Positions 47,566 to 61,436 of a DNA stretch of 64,000 nucleotides are shown piece after piece (the first letter of the stretch is position 1; every line of letters starts with the position of its first letter). The notes under the pieces are model-generated. The model searched no databases and was not told the DNA's origin. It was given only the letters and a program-made list of their open reading frames with translations. The DNA comes from Takakia lepidozioides. Its lineage: Eukaryota > Plantae > Bryophyta. The DNA lies in contig CM060733.1 of NCBI GenBank assembly GCA_030704615.1, forward strand, positions 50,344,001 through 50,408,000, in the 5' to 3' direction. The translations under genes and the position numbers were made by a program.

Positions 47566-48375
47566 CATTTGTCATTTCAATCGCTTGTCCCCAGTTACAT
47601 TCAAGGAACGAATTCTAAAAGCGGAACAAGAGCTGCGTGATTGAGAAGAATGGCGGGCGTGCCGGGAGGCTTCAAGGGCATCAAGTAGAGTTGGCAGTAA
47701 CATTTCAGATGATAATGTCAGCCGGTTTTACCTTCCTGAAAGTATTTCCGTGTCCTCTGGTGCGGAGACCGTTGCAAGTGGTTGTGGTAACCGGAGGCGT
47801 CTTCGGACACATGCCTTGACTGCGAGCCATTTGGGAGGAGGCTCAGTATTATTAATGAGTTAGTATAAGCCGTAACGGTTCTATGGCTTTAGAATCTATG
47901 GATTGTATGGCATCAAGTCCATGAACGGATGGACAGTTGACGTTCATTTTTCTGTTGGTCCATCGCCTTGAATGATATAATCTCAAATAAAATATGAATG
48001 TTTCATATCATCAATCAGGTCCAGACAGACTCGTTTTTCCATGTTGTCATCTTCATCACATGCCATCATTGTTTCATATTTGGTTCTGCCATTGTTCCAT
48101 GTTTGTTTGTGTATGTCATTTTGGATATCGGAGCTCTCATCATTGTTTGATTCATTGCATCCTCCCATTCCTTTTAATGAACGTCAACTTGGCAGTGGAT
48201 GTTCATCTAAGACCACAATACATACTTGTATTTTTGCGTAGAATGTGTGGAGGATTATATAATTCATTGTTATATAGTGCACAAATAGTCAAATAATTAT
48301 AGATATATCTCTTTATTTCTATTATAGATTATAATTATTCATATATCTTGTATTATTTCTGAAGTCCAGAATTAG

Positions 48376-51300
48376 TTAAAATAGAGTTAAGAATATAAGT
48401 GCATCCTTCATGCTACCGCATTTGGCATATCCTGCAATCATTGCGATCCATGAGACCACATTTCGTGTCACCATTTCATCGAACATCTGCTGAGCATCTA
48501 TTATGCTTCTACATTTGGCATACATGTCAATAAGGGTTGTCTCCAAAGTGACGTCTGACAGAATTCCAGTTTTGATGATGTCAGCATGGACCCGTTGCCC
48601 TCTTTCCAGGCTTCCTAGCTTGGCACATGCATTGAGAACACAACTGAATGTTCCTATGCTCAATTGCATCTACTATTCTTTGTAATCCAACAGGCATTCA
48701 CCTTGCCTCAATTGTCCCACCATTGACTGGGGTCAGAAAAGTCAGAATTCAACATTGAAATTTATGGCCGATTCTCATAAGAGGGAAAAATAGGGTGAAA
48801 TGTGCTGAAGAAGGTGTCTTGAGTAGCAGCGCCTGATTTTATCAATTGTGCCGCTGCTGCTGCGGCTTCTAGTTGACCATCTACCCATGCAGGTTTCTTG
48901 TAGCTATCCTTCCACAGGGAATCATAGGTAGTCTGGAGCTTGAAATCCAGCCGTCTTGGATGAATCTGGACCCACACTCTATCCCTGCTTCTTCAGCTAT
49001 CCATGCCTCTTTACAAATCATGCATACATCCTTGCCTTGCTGCTAGCAACTAACAATGACAGCCTAGAATTGTTCCAACAAACATCCCAACCCTACTTAT
49101 CACACTATTTCCTATGCTGACTTGCCTCTGCTTCCAACAAACATTCACCCTTTTGCCTGGATTGTTCCACCATTGACTGGGGTCGTAAATGTATTCATTC
49201 CACAGCTTCTCCTTGTCTCTTATCTGTTTTTCAATACTTTCTTTTTGCCACATTGGCAGTAACATGTCAAAATCACTCCAAAACATAGATCCATCAACGA
49301 GTTAACTTGCAGAATTCAACATGAAAATTTAGGGACGACTCTGATAACAAGGAAAAACAGGCTGAAATGTGTTGAAAAATGTGCCTTCATTAGCAGTGCC
49401 TTGTTCTATCAATTGCGCTGCTACCGCTGCTGTTTCCAGTTGACCATCTACCCACGCAGATTTCTTGTAGTTATTGATCCACAGGGAATAAGAAGTAATC
49501 TTGTGTTTGAAATCCGGCCCTCTTGGCTCAGCATGGATTTCCCCCGTTTGTGGATGCAGTTTGTCTTCTGCAACAAAGGTATGCACCTGGTTGTCCACCT
49601 CAATACAGCTGCGCCCTGACTCATTTCCGACACCTCTTTCGTGCATCATTTTTCTGACCTTCGCTGTGTCAGCCCACCTGTCAGCTGCAGCATAGATGTT
49701 TGATAGGAGCACATAAAATTGCAGCGTGCTGTGGATCCCACTTGAGAATCCATGTCGTTGCACGCTCTGCTTGCTCCACATTGCCATCACCAAGCCAGGC
49801 CCCCCACACCATAGCATCTGGTTTAATTGGCATCTTACTAATGAAGTCCTCTGCCTCATCCAATCGCCCTGCACGGCCAAGAAGGTCCACCATGCAGCCA
49901 AAGTGCTCCAGGGTAGGAGTGAGTTCAAGATCTTGACTGATGGAAACAAAGTAGTGAAAGCCTTCATCCACTAGGCCCACATGGCTACACACAGACAAAA
50001 CACATATCAAGGTGATACCATTTGGCTTCAAGTCCTCTAGTCTCATGTGTTCAAATAGTTGCACGACCTCTCTACCACACCCATGCTGGGCATATCCTGC
50101 AATCATCGCATTCCATGAGACCACATCTCGTTCAACCATGTTGTCAAACATTTGGTGTGAATCCTTTATGTTTCCGCACTTGGCATACATGTTCACAAGC
50201 GCAGTCTCGAGAATGATATCTGATGTAATTCCAGCTTCTATAATGTCAGCATACACCTCTTTTCCCTTTCCCAGGGTTGCCAGGCTGGCACAAGCATTGA
50301 GCACACAGATGAATGTGACCTTGTCGGGCATCAGCCCTTCCCCTCGCATTTTCTCATAGATCTCGAAAGCCTCCTTACTGAAACCATGCTGAGCATATCC
50401 TGCAATATTGTGTTCTATGAGACCAAATCTAGTTCAGCCATATTGCCAAATACTTGGCATGCATCCTTCAGGCTCCTGCATTTAGCATATATATTCACTA
50501 AGGTATTCTCCAAATTAATATATGACCCAGTTCCAGTTTTGATAATGTCAGCATGAACCCTTTTGCCCTTTTCCAGGGCACATGCATTGAGAATGCAAAT
50601 GAAGGTGACCGAATCAGGGGTCACCCCTGCCTGTATCATTTGCTTATAGATCTCAAAAGCCTCCTTACCAAACCCATGCTGAGCATATCCTGCAATCATC
50701 GCACTCCATGAACCCACACCTCGTTCAATCATATTGTCAAATACTTGACGAGGCATCATCAAATGCTCCCGCATTTAGCATACATGTTAACAAGGCTGTC
50801 ATCCACATTAACTCTAAAACCACCATAGATCCATCAACGAGTTAACTTGCAGAATTCAACATGAAAATTTAGGGACGACTATGATAACAGGGAAAAACAG
50901 GCTAAAATGTGTTGAAGAAGGTGCCTTCATTAGCAGTGCCTTGTTCTATTAATTGTGTTGCTGCCGCTGCTGTTTCCATCTACCCACGCAGATTCCACAG
51001 GGAATCAGAAGTAATCTTGTGTTTGAAATCCGGCCCTCTTGAATGAATCTGGACCTCTATCCCTGGTCCTTCAGCTATCCCTGCCTGTGTACAAATCATG
51101 AATACATCCTTAGCCTTGCTGCTAGCAGCTGACACTGACGGCGTTAAGTTCTTCCAGCAAACACCCCAACCCTACTTATTACAGTGGTTCCAATTCTGAA
51201 TTGCATTTGTTTATCTCTGTAGTCCAACAGACATTTATCTTTTTGTCTCCATTGTCCCACCATTGACTGGGGTTGGAAAAGTGTTCACTCCAAAGCTTCT

Positions 51301-51430
51301 CCTCATCTCTGTTATCTGTTTTTGGATACTTTCCTGCTGCCACATCGGCAGTAACTTGTCAAAGTCACTCCAGACCACCACAGATCCACCCAACCAGCTA
51401 ACTTCCAGAATTCAATATGCATCTGGGGCG
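48376..51430 (-). pseudogene. Two further PDF-motif/PPR units; one reaches the E1-E2-E+ domains
   Basis: EKLWSEHFSNPSQWWDN (~51250-51300); GPDFKHKIT; HFGCMVDLLGRAGRLDEA..YVLLSNIYAAA..GRSCIEVDNQVHTFVAEDKLHP. Confidence 0.88.
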
Positions 51431-51467
51431 AGTCTGATGATCGAAGAAGAAGGTACCTCACTGACGA

Positions 51468-51503
51468 TGACGTGGCTACGAGACGTGGCAACGATGACGT
51501 GGC
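51468..51503 (+). promoter_or_regulatory. Three GACGTGGC (ABRE/G-box-like bZIP) sites upstream of RTF2
   Basis: Copies at 51468, 51482 and 51495; TATA-like element near 51548. Confidence 0.5.
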
Positions 51504-51621
51504 ACTATGGCACCCTATTCCTGCTCTACACTAACCCGCAGCATGCCATATATCGACCGCGTCCCTGGACTTGAAAGACAAGACTCACAAACGAGATACT
51601 CTGCGAGAGAGAGAGAGAGAG

Positions 51622-52867
51622 ATGGTGATGCAGGTGTTTGTGAGGGGTGTGGATGGTGCTACATGTGTTCTGAATCTCCAGCCTGACGATACCACGGCAC
51701 AGGTCAAGGCTATGGTGGTGCCGAGTGCTTTGGACCATGTGTATCTCACTTTTGGAGGGCGGGTTCTGGCCGACGACTCTAGGGTTTCAGACTGTGGGAT
51801 CCAGGGGTGCAGTACGTTGGGGTTAGGAGTCAGGGTATTGGGAGGTGGAGGGGATGGCGGGGCCACGGGCGCAGAGTCAAGGGATTGCTACCTGAATATG
51901 TACGCAGTGAAGAAGCCGGATAAAGTGGATCCCAATGAAGTGAAGCTTGCCAAATTCACAAATTGCACTATGTCGTCTGAGCCTTTGAAGCCCCCGTGCG
52001 TGATTGATTTTCTCGGAAATTTGTATAACAAGGAAGCTGTTGTGAGTGCACTGTTGACAAAATCGCTGCCCAAGAAGTTACGGCACATCAAGGGTCTCAA
52101 AGATTTGATCACCATTCACTTGAGTTCAATCCCCGGGGTTAATCCTGAGTATGATTTCTCTGGTAGCAAGTTCCAGTGTCCGATCACAGGCCAGGAATTC
52201 AATGGGAAGTTCAAGTTTTATGCTTTGCGAAAGTGCGGGCATGTGCTGAGTGCACGGGCACTGAAAGAAGTTTCTTCCACTTCATGCGCGGTCTGCTACA
52301 CCCCCTTCAGCGAAACAGATAAGATGCCTATCAATGGAAGCGATGAAGAGGTAAGGCCGTTGTCCCATAGCTCTTGGATGTGATTAGAATTTTTAGGTTA
52401 GTTGCTTATTTACCAAAAGAGTGGTTGTTTGTTAGATTTCACTGACCAGTTGTTTGTATTCTCACCAGGTGCTTTCTCTACGCGAGAGGATGGAAGCAGA
52501 AAAAACCAAGACCCGAGACAAGAAGGAGAAGAAGGTTAAGAATGGTATTTCAGATTCTTTAGAGAGAAGACTGGCTGATGCAGCTCCTCTAGCAATTGAG
52601 GAGGCTAGTCAATCTCTTCAAGGTGGTCTTGCAAATGGCATCAAGCGGAAAGCTGAAACGGGTGGAGAAGCGGGGGTGGTTATGGCTACAGAAGTAGTAA
52701 GACCAAAGGGGTCAGACTTGGTCTCTGTTCCCAAAAAGTACAAAGCAGGGGAGCATCTGCCTGTGAATGCAACTAAGGCAGTATATGCTTCCATCTTCAC
52801 ATCCTCCAGTAAAGGGACGTTTAAGGAGACCTATTCCTGCAGATCCCTTCCACTGGGAAGAAATTGA
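51622..52867 (+). CDS. RTF2: Replication termination factor 2 homolog with N-terminal ubiquitin-like domain; exons 51622-52350 and 52469-52867
   Basis: Ubiquitin-like domain then GGGGDGGATGAESRDCYL; GNLYNKEA; HIKGLKD; FQCPITG..CGHV; C-terminus TYSCRSLPLGRN; GT-AG intron. Confidence 0.93.
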
Positions 52868-55800
52868 AGGATCCTTGTAGTTCCTTTGTAATCATGCCCA
52901 AAAAATTGAGCTTGCAGGTTTGCTTCTTTGCGACATCTGTTTGTCATTCTGTGCCAGGTTTCAGATTGGTTTCCACTGCCACATAGTCTCCCTTGTCTAT
53001 TTGTTTTTTCTCAATGTTGGGACAATACCCCCGGGCTGTCTTTCTTGATAGGCATCTGCAGTTTACCCTCCTCTCCTTATACTCTTTCCTCATTCCCTAC
53101 ATCTCCCTGCTTTTCCCCATACGCCCTACTTCCACAACCCCAGCTTTGATAGGTGAAGTCTACGTAGTTGGCTCTTGGAACCTGTGGTGCCACATCTGGA
53201 TTAATAGTGCATGCATGGCAGTTCTTGTTGAAGTTGACATTTGTTGAACAGACAAGGATTAAATGGAACTGTGGTGCAAGAGATGGCCACAATTGCTGAA
53301 GGCACATGTGCTCACCACTTTGGCCAACAGCATGAAGAAAAAGCGGAAGTTTGAGGCTGCGGATATGATGTGCCAGGCAGAGGAGGCAGCTGATTACAGG
53401 GACACATTTCCAGATCACCCAGAGGGCCAAATGGAATTTGGCAAGACATCTTGGCTGAGGAAACTAAGTTATCTGGTTGTGGGAACGAGGATATCGTGGG
53501 GCGTATGTCAGGTGCCTCACAGGATTCTTCTCAGAGTGGTTGGGGTTCTCACGCAAGTGACGGACCAAGGCAAGATATTTTAACCAACTTGAATGTTGGC
53601 TCACCAGGAGGATCACCTATGGTACAGAAATATGCGGATCCTTTGGTTGACCCTTGCCCTATGCAAGGCAATGACAAAAGTCCGAGTGTGTCAAGATCAG
53701 GACCCAACAAAGTCAGACAGATTTAGCGAAGCCTCTCCGGCTCTGGGTAAGTAGAGAAAAGGGGTCGATATGTATCAAGATTCTGGAATTCTCACAATGT
53801 AAATCTCTCAAGCCAGCATAGGCTATAGAAAATATGCCTCTTGAGTACAGTCTCAAGCTGGTGTGACTGGCAATATAATCTCACAATCTTGTATCACATT
53901 TATGTCAAATTGGGAGCTAGAGGAGCATAGTGTTTTTGTGGATGGTGTCTACAACATATATTACTACACAATTCCTGGTATTGTTGGTGGCTTGGAAGTT
54001 TGTGGGGTGAGTTTCAATACCATGGTGGGGTTGAAAAAACCCCACAATCGGTTGTGAGAGCATGGTTTCATACTGAATGCTTTGCAGGTAGCAATGATCT
54101 TCTCTGTTGTCCTAATCCATCTCTCAGTACCGTTGGCAATGGTTGCTCTGCACTATTCTAGATAATTGTGTCCCAAGGATGATAGCTACTCTGACAAGGA
54201 TTTACCACCGACCTCAGTGTAGTATGTCTTATCAGTTAATAACAAGGTTCACCCGCAGCCGGGAAATTCTCGCAGCTGGACCTCGGTTACCAAAGGGTAT
54301 TAAATGTAGTACAACCTGAGCAAGAGTGGCTGAATTGTAAAGACACATGACTTTTGCCCGAGGTCATCTTGCAGATCGTAACTCATAACCCTCTAGCTTC
54401 GGTTCTGTCCCACCTCTGACCTACTTTCACCTTCACTGCTCTCAAGTGCACAACTTGCTGTGGTTGCATCATCTTTTTGGTTTTCAAGGTTGTATTCTCC
54501 AATGCCCTCCCTTTTGCTGTCTTTCCAGGGGGTATGTATTTGTGTACAAGTACTTACCAATGAAAGAAACCTGACAGGTTGTGGGCAACCAGGCATTGAA
54601 GGTATAGCGTACTCCTGCTTTATTACTGCGTTGGATGTGACAGCAACACAAGAACATCTTTGCAGTAGTGGTGAACTTCCTGATGGTCATGACATTGAGT
54701 ACTCATTTCCAAGTCATCCTTGCTCAGAGTTACGCCAGTAACACTGCTGGTCTACCCAATTTCAAGTGGGGGTGTCAATAGCAGATAGATAATCCACTAC
54801 TTCAATTAGTATTAGGATGTGTGCCCTTATCACCTGAGTGGTAGGCCTTTATGACCTATAAATTGAGCACTTACAGTCCAAAGAGGCGCTCAGGTTCTCT
54901 GGTCTCAGCTGGATCGTCCTTCCACCTTCTAGTTTGCTCTTGGAACTTGGTTCTTAAAGAGAGTTCAGTGTGGTGGACAAAATTGCCTGGTTGCAATGCC
55001 TCTAGTCCAGAATATATACTGATTGCCTGCAGCAGTCCTACTCTAAGAACTCGCAGTGGAGCATATTTTCACTGTACTGAGCAGTGCTCTTGTTGTTGTG
55101 GTACACACAATAGATCCATCGGTGTCAAACTTCAAAGCTGAAGGAGCGTGGCCACATTTGATTGATAATTTTCCGGAGTACTAGCATGAGATGGGGATTG
55201 GGCAAACCCCTTAGTTCTGGTTGTTTTGGTTATGTCTTTTTGCTGTAGCCTAATGAGTGGTATTTCATTTGCAAGAACCCACTTAGTAAGGGTTCATTTT
55301 GCGATATTCCCTGCAAGTCTGCATGAGAAAATTATGCCGGTCACACCAAGGGTCAAGAGAAAGTGCTCACCTCTCAACCCAGACAACAATCCCCAGAGGT
55401 GCAGGAGGCCCTCGATTAATGCTGGCTGTGTGAGTAATTGCACCGGCTTTGTACTAGTACGGCCCACACTGAGAATTTGGACACCTTATATCAAGGGTAG
55501 TGCTGGTTTGCATCACTAGAGCACGTTTCTCCAATAGTCATCTCACATTCAGTGCTGTCTCTGAGTCTACATGAAGCATGCAGGACAATACAACAAGCTC
55601 AACTGAGGATAGAACTCCTACCAACATGCTTTCACCCATCCTGCCCAACTTGGCCCGAACATATACAAAACAAGCCGCCTATTCAACAAGGCCACCCCTT
55701 TAAAGTGGAGGACTAAGTCAATCGAATGTCGGTAAAAACTGGGTGAAGTTCACGTGAAAAGTATCAGTCAGCTATCTTGTTTCTGTAGCAATGGACAGTT

Positions 55801-56095
55801 GTTATTTTGCCTTCTTTCATGAATACGCCTGGGGGGTTTGATCCTCCTCGTTAGCTCTCATTCCAGGGGAATAGAACTCTAGAGGCTGGTCATTGCATGG
55901 ATGCCTAGTGGCAAGCCCAGACAAGCGGAAGGAAGACCAGAGACAGGGACCTCACACACACACATTTGGTGCAGGTATTGCCTTACAGCGTATCGCCTAT
56001 CAGGCAGTAATTTATGTTGTTGCCCCATTTGAGTGGTGATGAGACCACAATTAGGGCTTCAGGTCAACATCTGCAAATGCAGCTTTGACCCCACA

Positions 56096-59000
56096 CTATC
56101 GGACTGAGCGAGTCACAGGTTGTAGAACACGCTCAGCGAGCTCTTGAAAAGTCTTCACATCCTTCTTCCAAAGCCTGCAAATAACCAACACATGTAGCCC
56201 CTAAAGATCCTGCAAATCTATGGCAAAACAGACCAATGTCTGTTTGATTCATACATCACACACCTTGGAATAAATTCAACTCCTTAAGGAAAAACCCTTG
56301 TACACATACTCTTTACATCACTATACAGCCCCAAGAAAACTGTACATGCTGAGGATAATTTGAATATGTTTCTGAGCTTAAACATAGTTGATAGCATAGC
56401 AAATCAATATCAAAAGCATGCTTATAAATTTTGGCATCACATACCCTTGAGGGTTTCACTCCCCATGAGATCTGCCAGAGTTGGCTGTGGACTTTGAGCC
56501 CACAGGGCGTTAGTCAACCTGTGATCTCGCACACGGATGACGACATCTGTGTAAAGGGGGTTGACTATTGATTCATGGGCTGGTGATAACAGAAGTATAA
56601 TGCGAGTCAAACACGATTACTAAACTACCACACAGAGAGGAAGACAGAAAAAGAGATTGAGCATACCAGGCCTCCACACCTATGGCACTAGCACCTTGCT
56701 TGTCATTTATGAGATCATCTCCCACATGAATTGCATCCCTTGCCTCAACACCCAATTCATCTGCGTTGACAAGGATTGGCTAAGAGACGAGGAATCAATA
56801 AGAAAAGAGGGCTGGATATAAGTAAACAAAAACTAGAGGGCAACATGTCTATACATGCTGCATCCTGAAATAGAACATATTTTAATGGACATGGACAACA
56901 GGCACAAGTAGGCTGTTTTCTCTCAGTAGATCACTAGTTTTTGCCCTGCAAATCAACACATTCATGCCCATGATAGTATAAGATCCATTGTTGGCATATC
57001 TCTCCATTAGATCTAATGCCATTCAACATCACCAAAAGGATTCCCTTGCCGTAGGGTCCCTAAACCCTAAACCCTACCTGCCACTGGTCTACCGTAGATA
57101 GCACTTAAAGGAGACACATATGTACTCACTTAAGGCAGCTTCAAAAATTTCTTGTGAGGGCTTCTCGAAACCAATCTCTGATGAGACTATAATAGCATCA
57201 AACCTGCCATCCCAAACAACTCCATTGCCATATGGTCTTGAACTGAAGTTATCAAAGGTTACATTCCAGGTGAACAAATGTTCGTGTTTAACAAATTTCC
57301 TCCACAGGGTCTTTACTCCTCAGGATCCTCAAGTGAGGAGACATTACCAACTTAAGAATAAAAAGCTGTCCCCATTGAGGATTAAGAGTTATGTCAATGT
57401 ATACTAGTAAGAATAAGTGGAAGCACAGGGGGGAGCCTTACAAGGTATCAACCTGCAGATCTTGCAAAACAGGGCGCAATCTGGAATCAAAGTTGGATAC
57501 AACTGCCAGCTTCACTGTGCAACCAACAACGATTGATAAAATAACAATGTGCACCAGCGTCTAAATGTGATGCTATCATAAAAATGAAGTCTGTAACCAG
57601 TGCAACTGGGTAGGGGTTTCTGTATTTCACTATGTTCCATCAAATTGAGGAATAATGCCACAAACATCAGCCCTTTTGCAAGAAGTCACTTGCCAAGTAG
57701 ACATCGTGCCTACTCTAAATTCTATATTTCATCGATTCTGTCAGGGTAAGGAGTCTTAGTTATTCTAGTAAGTCTTTCACAGATCCAGTGCCAAGGACCA
57801 GTTCCTCGATATTAGTTTCTATGACATTTTGCCGCTGTGAAGACAGGCAAGCACAAGGATGGAAACAAAAAGCTGTGGCATTGTTGTTTACCTCCAGCAA
57901 CCCGTAGGAGGATAAGGGCTTCCACTGCTCCGTCAGCTACTTTCCAAGCATCACCCTTTCCAAAATGCTGGGCTTCAATAAAGGCAACACAGGAATGCCC
58001 AGTTATGGCAAATAGGCCTTTCATTCATTCGGATGTGTGGAAAGGAAATAGCTTGTAAGGATCTGCTTTACAATCAACCTGCCTTCAATAAACAGTGCTC
58101 ATACAATTACTGGCAAGCTTGCCAGAGTCATTTGCGCTTCTAGATGTTACAAATACATTGATGGGTGGGGAGGGAGAGAGAGAGAGATTTTCTAGAATCC
58201 AGTGGACGTCGTTGACAATCGGCACCTGCTTTAAACAGGCTATTGCTCAGAAGCAGGGGTACGGGGGTCAACATCAAAGGTGCAGGTAAGCATCTCACTT
58301 GATACAACTCCTCAAAGTAGGTGTCATCAGCACACCCAGTTGCTGTAGCCACTGCATGTCTCCAGAAAGGCCTGCCATCTCCCTGCCATATAATCCAGCT
58401 CATCATAAATACATTGCAATAAGAAACACATAAGGAAAGAACATCACAGACTTCCACTTTACATCATGTCAGAAGAAAATGAAATGAAATGGCAGAAAGC
58501 TCAAAGAGCTCATGGGACGAGAAATGAAATGAAATGAAATGGTACTTTATAACATCCGCGGAAAGCTCAAAGAGCTTATGGGACAAAATGGAAAAAACAA
58601 GAGAAGAAAGAAGAAAGAGAAGAGGACTGAGAGCCTCCTTCCATGTACCCCGCCCACCGTTTAAGGGAGGATGAGGACAAAAATCGACGGATACTCTATG
58701 CACTTCCATCGGGCGGAGACGCAAGTCCGCGGGGCCGGCGCGATTGTAGTGCAGTCCGTTTTTAACGGATGAACCTCGGCTGCTCCTTCAGGGAATTGAA
58801 TGCCGTGAGTTTTGACCTGCATGTGCCGGACATGTGGCCAACCACGACTGGCTATAGCAGGCTCATTGGAGGTGCTTCACTAGAACCACGTCAGAATACA
58901 GTCCAAAACTGTGGACGGCTGCCGGGGTGCACATGACATTGGGAACCTACAAGGGTGCCCAGCAAATTTCTCCAAAGACCTGGTTTTCCCCTAAAAAGGT

Positions 59001-61436
59001 GGGCGGGGCCCCCGCCACATGGAAGGAGGCTCTGAAAGGGGGACATGCAGAGGCAGAGGGCAAGCCCACATCTCAAAATCTCTGTGAAGAGTTATGAGTG
59101 TCAGAGCCATTGCTATGAGATTCCATTCCCACTTCAAGTTCAGAGAAGTCATACTGTTTCAATTATGTAGAATTAAATGCTGTCTCATGAGGATACGTCA
59201 GTGGTAAAGAAGTGATCTGAACAACAAGTTATCAGCACAGACCTCATATCTTAGCCGCTCCGGCCATGGCTCTGCAAAGGCTTTCTTGAAGCCCTTCTTG
59301 ATATCAGCTGCTGTTGCTTTCACACCTGCACTAAATATCATATCCACTCAGTATAACTACCTCCTGACCTTGCTAAACTGGAGTGTGCACAGATAAAAAT
59401 GCAGAAAGAGAGGGAGATTATATCAGCATAAGAAAGTTCCTGATTTGTGTGAGTCAATGTTGATCTAGTTAGTTGGATGTCCTGACCTCATTCCCTTGAG
59501 GTCAGTACAAAAAGAAGACCTGAGACTCCACTTTCAAATTGTTGCATAGGAGCCTTGTCCATTTGCCCCATGCAATGAAATTACAAGTGCACTTGACAAT
59601 GGATGGTATCATGTGTTTATGTATCCATGGGTGCATGCAACTGCTTGGTTCAAGACCACAGCCTCCTGCTGAGGTATGGGTAGGCTGGCCATGCACTTCA
59701 CCCCTGCTCATGTTGCCATATTTATGAAAGGGGTTAGCTCTCTGACCAGGAATATCAGCTTTTGAAGGACTCAGGAAGCTGCCTATTCATCAGGTTCTTG
59801 GTGTAATGCTCCTTTGCTTATACCAGAGACGTCTAATTGTCATACTGTTGACATATTTCTGACAAGATCTTGATGCAATGCATCTGTGATATTGAAACCA
59901 CTTACCATCTCTCAGCATGAGGGCCAGGGCTACTCTGGGAAGGTAGAGTTGTCTATTTTCAAACTTTGGCAAAGGAGGGGAAGGGGCTAACCATATTTAG
60001 CTCCAAATGAAGCATAAATGTCGGGCACAGGCTGAGCTGTCTCCAGCAGTGTCCCTCCCACATCCAGTAATAGGGCATCATATGGCTGTGGTGTTTCAGA
60101 CCCATCTGATAAAGCAAAACAAAGCAGAACCAAACCATCAGAGTCCGTGTTGTAAAGACATAAAGAAGCCAAGGACATCAACGTACCTTTACTAACTCTC
60201 TGATCTTTTGTCGTTCCACGCCACATCTCGTTGGTTCCTATAACTGTGAGAAACTTCTTTAGGCTGTAATTGCTACAACTCCCAGGTCAAAGGTCAGAGG
60301 ACCCCAGATATCCTACTGGCGTTTCATTGCGAATGCTACAATGGCGTACCACATTATGCAATACTTGAGCAGTGCTCAGTAAAGATGACTCCCAGTATTT
60401 TGTGTGTCCCAATCTTGAACTCACTAAGAAGCACAACCAGAATCTAGAAAGGATAAACTGAAGAGAGCGGACAAGCAAGCGCGTGAAGGGATGTCCCACA
60501 TCCTACACATTGTGAATCTGCTCAAACTGAGCAGAGAGCATCTTTTACAAAATTCAACATGAGTGGAACAATCCCCAACTAAAATTCAATCATAAAATAG
60601 TTATGGGCCAACGAACCTCTCTGATCTTCTTACATCGTTTTCCATCTCTCATGAAGGACCGTGCCGGAAAGCCGGATGAATTGAAAGGTCCATGTTTGGT
60701 TTGGGAAGAGGTTTCTAATCTTTGAAAATCCTAGAGAAATAATCTACCTTCATTATGCAATTTATCGAATAATCGTAAACAGACCATTTTAAGTGCGATT
60801 GGCGATGTAGAAGAACGATCTATTGATAAGCTTGAACAAGCTCGGACGAATAATCGTTCGATGCGCGATGCATAGGAACGATAAAGAAGCTATTGATAAG
60901 CTTGAACAAGCTCGGACTTGCTTACAGTAGGCAAAATTCAAGGCAAACGAAATTTGGGTGAATGGACTCTCTCAAATAGAAAAGGAAAAACAAGAATTAA
61001 TTCATGCTGCTGCTGCTGATGAAGATTCAAAACGATTAGAAGACTCTAAAAATGCTACTATTCGCGTTGAGAAGCAAAGAGCCATTGAAGAGGTGCGACA
61101 ACAAGTTTCTAGCCTTGCATTGGAAAGAAGCTCTCCCACCGATGACTTTTCATTTCAGCGAAATTAGGTCTGCCACTACAATTCTTCTCGCTACCTCCTC
61201 ACGAGAAAAGATTCCAACAGAGATATAACCTTTCTACAGCTTTGAAAGCCAACCGAAGAGCTGAATAGTGAAACTTCCGCCAATCAAGGAACCAGACCTG
61301 TGCTGCACGGTCTTTGAGAGGCAGATGCTCGCGGGTGCAAAAGGCGCAATCTTGAAGACAAGCACGCTGCCTGAGACATATGACCCACTGTTATGGGAGG
61401 CATGGTGAGCAGCATTGCCCTCGATGACAGTGCCAT
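56096..61436 (-). CDS. HDHD3-like HAD-superfamily hydrolase, multi-exon, probably with an organellar transit peptide (5' exons less certain)
   Basis: Exons read [10 protein letters not shown] (motif I), [37 protein letters not shown] and [11 protein letters not shown]; GT-AG borders. Confidence 0.88.
60650..61130 (+). pseudogene. atpF: NUPT: 3' end of the plastid atpF group II intron plus exon 2, inside a HAD-gene intron
   Basis: Domain V-like aagccggatgaattgaaaggtccatgtttggttt; [59 protein letters not shown]. Confidence 0.88.

Noticed and set aside
52900-56000. Short ORFs between RTF2 and the HAD gene
   Set aside because: No recognisable domains or consistent exon structure.
58460-58890. 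Possible TE in a HAD intron (gaaat repeats, short duplication)
   Set aside because: No definable ends or coding evidence.
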